From Plasmodiophora brassicae (Eukaryota), in the NCBI GenBank assembly GCA_036867785.1, contig CP145409.1:1798001-1862000 (forward strand): 64,000 nt of DNA. Direction: 5' to 3'. The notes beneath the pieces were generated by a model that ran no database searches, was not told the DNA's origin, and saw nothing but the letters and a program-made list of their open reading frames with translations. Numbering within the stretch: the first letter of the stretch is position 1; every line of letters starts with the position of its first letter. Below, in pieces: positions 58,562 to 64,000 of this stretch. The translations under genes and the position numbers were made by a program.

Positions 58562-59601
58562 GGCGGTAGGACTCCCGATCGTCGGCGTTGACGTCTCTTT
58601 GCTCGAAACGCGATGCTGGTCGCGCCACCGGCTGACGTCGGCTGTGCAGGGTCGTTATAATTGTGCTGGGTTTCAGGCTGGCCGCACGCACGCCGCTGCG
58701 GTGTTATCCAGACAAGTCCTTCCCCGTGCCCGTTGTGCGGAGTCCGTGGCGTACCCCGCAACGGGGGCCTGTAGGCAAATCGGGCAGATTTGCGGTGTCC
58801 GTGGCTGGGTGACCAGTCAGATCCCGTCAGACACAGACAGAGACACTGACGCGCTTTTGTTCGCCCACTGCAGACCTCTGGCCTCTAGAGGGCCAGTCAG
58901 TCGTGCCCGACCTCAAGTTGCTGCTATCCTGAGGAAAAGGGGGTGCTGCTGTCCTGAGGAAAATGGGGCCTGCACGGTTTAGCTCCACTGTGATAAGGCA
59001 TGGCAGACGCCGAGGGATGGGATGGATGATAAACTCATTGGGATATTGCTACACCAGTTAGTCCGTTTGACCCAGGACGCGAGTGCTCAGAGCGCGAACG
59101 GCGCAATCCTTCAGACGACGTGACACACAATCCGTTTCTCCGGCTCTTCGATGAGCACCGTCGGCGGCGTCAACGTCGACCAACGATGACTGTCACGATG
59201 CATGAGACACTGTTTCTGTGGAGCCGTTTGATATCCGCCCGGCGCTGTTGGAGAACGATGCCCGTTCAATGTTCAGGAATTCAACGCGTGGCGCGACTCG
59301 AACTTCAAAGAGTACCTGAATGAGCTCAGGTTTTCCGATTTCCTGTGGCCGTTCGAAATCATCAAGAAGCTGGAGGAACTCCAGGCACCCAACATCAATC
59401 CAACAATTCTCGACAATTTCGATGAGGTGATGCGGTCAAAGGGACCGCACAACTCTCTCGATAATATGCTGAAGATTGCTTCGAACCGCGCTAAAGGAGT
59501 CACGTATTCGTCGAAATGCACTGGTACATAATAACACTCCCGTTTTCACGAATGTAAGTTCTCATGGTCATTTGGTAGATTCGTGATATTTGTGAGGCCA
59601 A

Positions 59602-59973
59602 TTAAGGGATACCAAGTGACGACTGTACTGATGCTCTGGATGTGGACCTGAATGCCACAGCCGAATCTATATCAGTGTGTTGCGCAGACATCTTCTGGAT
59701 ATGGGACGTGACGTCGCCCTTTATCAGGTACAAGGCGTGCCGGCCGGGGTGGTCATGTGTGGCCTGATGACGCAGATGTGTCAGGCAGAGCCGTGTATGT
59801 ACTTTTTGCGAACGCCGGGCATGCTGGTGGCTGGACATGGCGATAAGACTCCCGATCTCGTCCGCGTTGACGTCTCCTGCTCGGAACGCAATGCTGGTCG
59901 TGCCACTGGCCTGAGTCGGCTGTGGACTGGCCGCACACACGCCGACATGCGCCCGTACATCCAGACAAGTCCT
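59602..59973 (-). pseudogene. truncated relic of the SKP1-RING family (upstream region and start of exon 1)
   Basis: 59810-59973 aligns with 58541-58720 and 61241-61420; MSSHQHA start and DSAVAF remnant, no RING exon. Confidence 0.7.
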
Positions 59974-60300
59974 GGGGTAGCCCACTAGTAGCAGGAACCG
60001 GGTCCCTTCCAGCGACGACCATTCAATGTACGCGTGCCCCCCGGACGAGACGCCCACACCAAGTTCATGGCGCCCATTTCGTCGGGCAGGCTGCGGAGGC
60101 GTTCGCGAACGAAGGCAAGACGACGATGGCGGTCGTCCGCATGGGTGTCAATAGCGACGTTCCCGATCAACAGCCAAGACTGTACGCGCGCGATACCTAC
60201 AGCCCTGACTAATTTAGCACACGGGAGCCTTCAAGTTGGAGGATGCGCCAAATGTGTTCGTGTTCAGCCGTTGTATCGTGGTCGCCACCGATCGCCGTCG

Positions 60301-61261
60301 TCAGGCCTGGCGCCAGATGCGTACAACCCCTGCGGCTAGGTTCTTTGGGATTTCGAAATCGCCCTGTGCGCTTGCTACTAGGACAGTGCTCCGGCGCTGG
60401 GTAATCACACCGGCCCGGCAGATAGGGCAGGTCGCGGAATTTGCCAGACAGCGATCGATACAATCCATATGGAAGCGGTGGCGGCGTTCGGCGCCACCGC
60501 AGCTCAGGTATCGGAACGTCATGACTTGGCCATTGTACGCGACACCGCAGATTAGGCATCTGGTGGTGATGTCAAATGGCACTGCGCTTCCAGCACATAC
60601 AACAGTGGCGATTACTCGTTGTCGTCATGGTCGACCTCGTCTGCCAAAACCGTAGTCGATTCGAGAGTCGAAACGACTGTATGGGAACCTTGAGACGTGC
60701 GTAATTCATTGACTGATGGCAGGGCCGGCATTCGTGTCGTCGGCAACGGCAGGGTGATCCCGACTGCAATAATGAATAGGTGCATGATGAGGTGGTCGGC
60801 AGCTGACAGAAGAAACCGAATCTGTCTGTCTGTACAGTGTCTTCTCTCTGCGAGTTCGATTCGGACCCATTGGCAGGCATGATCGACGCCCTGTTGTGGC
60901 AGCAATTAGCAACCTAGGACCCACAAGGCGATCATATGCAGACGTGTACCAGGTCCCGCTCCTTGATGAACTGCAGAAGCAGGCGCAGCTCCCAAGATCC
61001 TATCAGGGGCTTCTCCGGCAGGTATAAGACTGCACCGTCTCTATGAATCGGGCGGAGAAGGCGATGGTAATTAACCACGAGCTGAAGAAAGAGAGGCGAG
61101 TGCATGGCCGCACGCTCGTCTGACAGCTCGAAACGTGACCCGTCGTAGGTGACGATTGTAAGGGCGTGTCCAAGTCCAGCGACAAGGGCCACGACCATCA
61201 GCAGCCAAAGTGAAATTCGCGTCGCCGGCGTGAGACGCGGGACATGCTGGTGGCTGGACAT
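60301..61261 (-). CDS. signal peptide + SKP1/POZ-like + RING-H2 protein, copy 4 (two introns)
   Basis: Close paralogue of copy 3: LTIVTYDGSRFELSDERAAMHS, FLLSAADHLIMHLF, CLIC...C..HRFHMDC...CPIC. Confidence 0.8.
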
Positions 61262-61640
61262 GGCGACAGGGAGCCCGATCGTCGGCGTTGACGTCTCCTG
61301 CTCGGAACGAGATGCTGGTCGTGCCACTGGCTGACGTCGGCTGTGCAGGGTCGTTATAATTGGTCTGGGTTTCAGGCTGGCCGCACGCACGCCGCGGCGG
61401 TGTTATCTAGACAAGTCCCGGGACAGCCAAGCCCTTTCCGACACCGCATGGCCGCATTGAGCATCTCCACCGCGGAGGCAAAACCGCGCTGTGTATCGCT
61501 ATTTTTCAGATGGGGCGAGGTTTTCGTCCCGCGGGACGAATCCCCATTGTCGTTCCGCGCAATTGACATATTTTCCAGCAGATCTCGAGGCTGGCTTAGC
61601 CACAACCCTGATCGTGCCTCGAAGTCGAGCTGACGTCAGC

Positions 61641-61832
61641 TCACGTTGCTTCGCCATACCACAAGGTGAAGACAGCCAGGGCAGGCACGTGTTGGGTACC
61701 GACTCGACGAACACGCTCGTGGAGGATAGAGTGGTAATAGTGCAAGACGTAGACGCCGCAGTTGTGACCATCACGACGTTGCTTCTCGGCGACATCCCCT
61801 AGGCTCGTGCATGTCTTGGTGAGCGGTTTCAC
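61641..61832 (-). pseudogene. Ulp1/C48 cysteine protease fragment, possibly transposon-derived
   Basis: KQRRDGHNCGVYVLHY resembles the Q-x-D-G-x-N/D-C-G-V-Y/F-V catalytic Cys motif; the rest of the domain is missing. Confidence 0.5.
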
Positions 61833-62270
61833 CGAGACGGTCTTAAATTCGCTTCCCTCAGGAAATGGCGGAACGACGAATCGGGTCCATTACTGGAGAA
61901 GCTTTGCACGATACGAGTTCCGCATCAGGGGGCCGTATAAATACACCGTCCGTGTCGCGGGACGATAAAAAATTTCCCTTTTCAGATCTTGCCATCACCC
62001 GCGAATGAAACGAAGTTCCCGTTTGCCACGCATGCGCAGATGCAATAGGTGCGCGCACGGCACAACCCGCACGCATTGGCTCGGGCTGCGTGACGAAAAT
62101 AGACCTACCATGTGCAAACGGCTCCTGCAGCCACGCATGGCGTGATGATGACTGGCGGGCGGACTACACCTACCTGGGCAGGGGCACGTCACACTGTCGT
62201 CCGGGCTGGCTCGCCCGCAGCGTTTTCCGGAAATTTCTTCTCATTTTGTCAACGGGACGGCGGGCCGGGC

Positions 62271-63961
62271 ATGTCTATCGACAGCATCATGGCGGCGGCG
62301 CCGTCCGACGCCGCCGTCTGTGATCGGGATGCCATCGTGTCTGATCGCGTCACGTTCCTGCAGAGCGGCGCAAAGTCACGGTAAGCATCCCGCCCAGCCC
62401 GCCCCTCGATCGTCGAATAACGCATCGACAGGGTGGCGTCGTGGCTCTCGATCATGGATACCATGCGAGGGTCCTTTCCAACGCATACGGTCGCGATTGT
62501 TCACAATGCTCTGGACCTCGACACATCCCGGGCGTGTCTTCGTGATGCGTTTTTCGTTGACGGCAATGTCGCTGTGTTCTTACGGGTGGCCTTGCTTCCG
62601 AATTGCCGCCGCTTTGTTGACGAGTACCAATGGAGCGGTGATCGGTGGCTGTTGACGAGGCACGACATCGACCTGTTTTCCTACGTCAGTGGATCCACAC
62701 TTCGATGTGTCAGCGTCGACAGCATGGACAAAGTCAATTCTCGTCGCCAAACCACCAGCAAGGTCTCGACTCGTACTCGCTGGCATTTGATGTGCCTGGT
62801 ACACTGAATGACCTCCGTCAGATTCTGATGGTCGCTCCAGATGGGTTTGCTTACAACCCACACGCGGCGGTCGACAACAAGTTCAGCCATGAGGTCGACA
62901 AGTCCAGCGACGATGTAAGAGAGGCCGCCCGCGCTGAGTTTGCAAGTTTACATGCGGCTTTGGAACGCTGTGGAGTCCAGGTTCCGAAGCATGTCAGACA
63001 TTGTTTTACGGTTAGGTGTTGAATCTCTTTGATGCAGATCGTCCTGATTGCAAACCCTGAGTTTCACGATACGCCTGACGCTGTATTCCCAAACAATTGG
63101 TTTTCGACCCACTCCAAGTCAGGTAATACGGGCCGTTCGGGTCGCTTCGCGTGTCGCCTCATCGCCCACGTTAAACGATGCAGAGGTTGGCCGTGATACG
63201 CTCGCGTTGTATCCCATGAAACCCGTTTCACGTCGAGCCGAAAGGCGAGCTGAGATCATTGCCCGCATCCAAGCCGTGCATTCGTACGACAACCTAGTCG
63301 ATCTGCGCAAGTTTGAGGAGGGCTCCGCACCACAGTTTCTGGAGGGAACTGGTATGCTCCTTCTACAAACGGCGCTAGCACGCTGGTGTTAACATCACGT
63401 CTTTGTTTCAGGCAGCATGGTACTTGATCGCGTCAACCGAGTTTGTTACGTGTGCCTTTCGGAACGGTCTACGTTGCCACTTGCGACGCAGTGGTGTTCG
63501 ACAATGGGATACAATCTTCACGCGTTCCACGCGACGGACGCATCCGGGTCGCCCGTCTATCACACCAACGTGATGATGGCTGTTGGGTCGCGGTTCGCGG
63601 TTGTATGCGACCAGGCTGTCGACGATCAACACGAACGCGCGCGACTGTTGGACCAGCTTCGAACCACCGGCCACGAAGTGATCTGTATCAGCCGGGCACA
63701 GATGGCAGACTTCTGTGGGAACATTCTGGAGCTCTGTAAGTCGTCGTGCGTGTAACTCAGTTCACGAATGTGACCGATCCTGTAGCAAACGCGTTTGGCC
63801 AATCCGTGCTGGTTGCATCGACCCGGGCCTGGAAGGCGTTCGGAGAGGAAATTCGTACCCGTTTCGGAAAGCTCGTCGACGAAGTCGTGCACGCGGACAT
63901 CCCGACGATTGAGTCAGTTGGTGGCGGTGGTGTCCGGTGCATGATTGCCGAGCTGTTCTGA
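62271..63961 (+). CDS. amidinotransferase / arginine-deiminase-related (CtlX-like) protein, multi-exon
   Basis: ILMVAP..F.YN, TPDAVFPNNWFSTH, LYPM...RRAERR, FLEGT|GSMVLDR, YHTNVMM, GNILEL, IESVGGGGVRCMIAELF. Confidence 0.9.
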
Positions 63962-64000
63962 TATACACAACCGCACACCCTCCGTTCGTGGCTGCGATCC

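Overview
Gene-dense, GC-rich eukaryotic DNA with many short (~50-70 nt) GT-AG introns, ciliary and meiotic genes and secreted small-protein families. It looks like a compact protist genome, most plausibly a plasmodiophorid such as Plasmodiophora (inference). About 30 protein genes are recognisable, including DHCR7, WDR24, UBLCP1, succinyl-CoA ligase beta, an HPR/RAP protein, TDP2, HOP2, NIP7, a CFAP210-like gene, a macrodomain gene and an amidinotransferase, plus three tRNA-Gly genes. Two things stand out. (1) An intact, recently inserted 5033-bp LTR retrotransposon (9446-14478) appears to be a superfamily chimera: Ty3/Gypsy-type Gag and protease with a GGGAAAC -1 frameshift, joined in frame to Ty1/Copia-type integrase-RT-RNase H. 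It has identical 168-bp LTRs with non-canonical AAT...ATT ends and an AGGTT target duplication. (2) Four intact copies plus one relic of a gene encoding signal peptide + SKP1/POZ-like domain + RING-H2 finger, a candidate secreted E3-ligase effector family spreading by local duplication. Family assignments are by motif recognition only, and multi-exon coordinates are read by eye and approximate.
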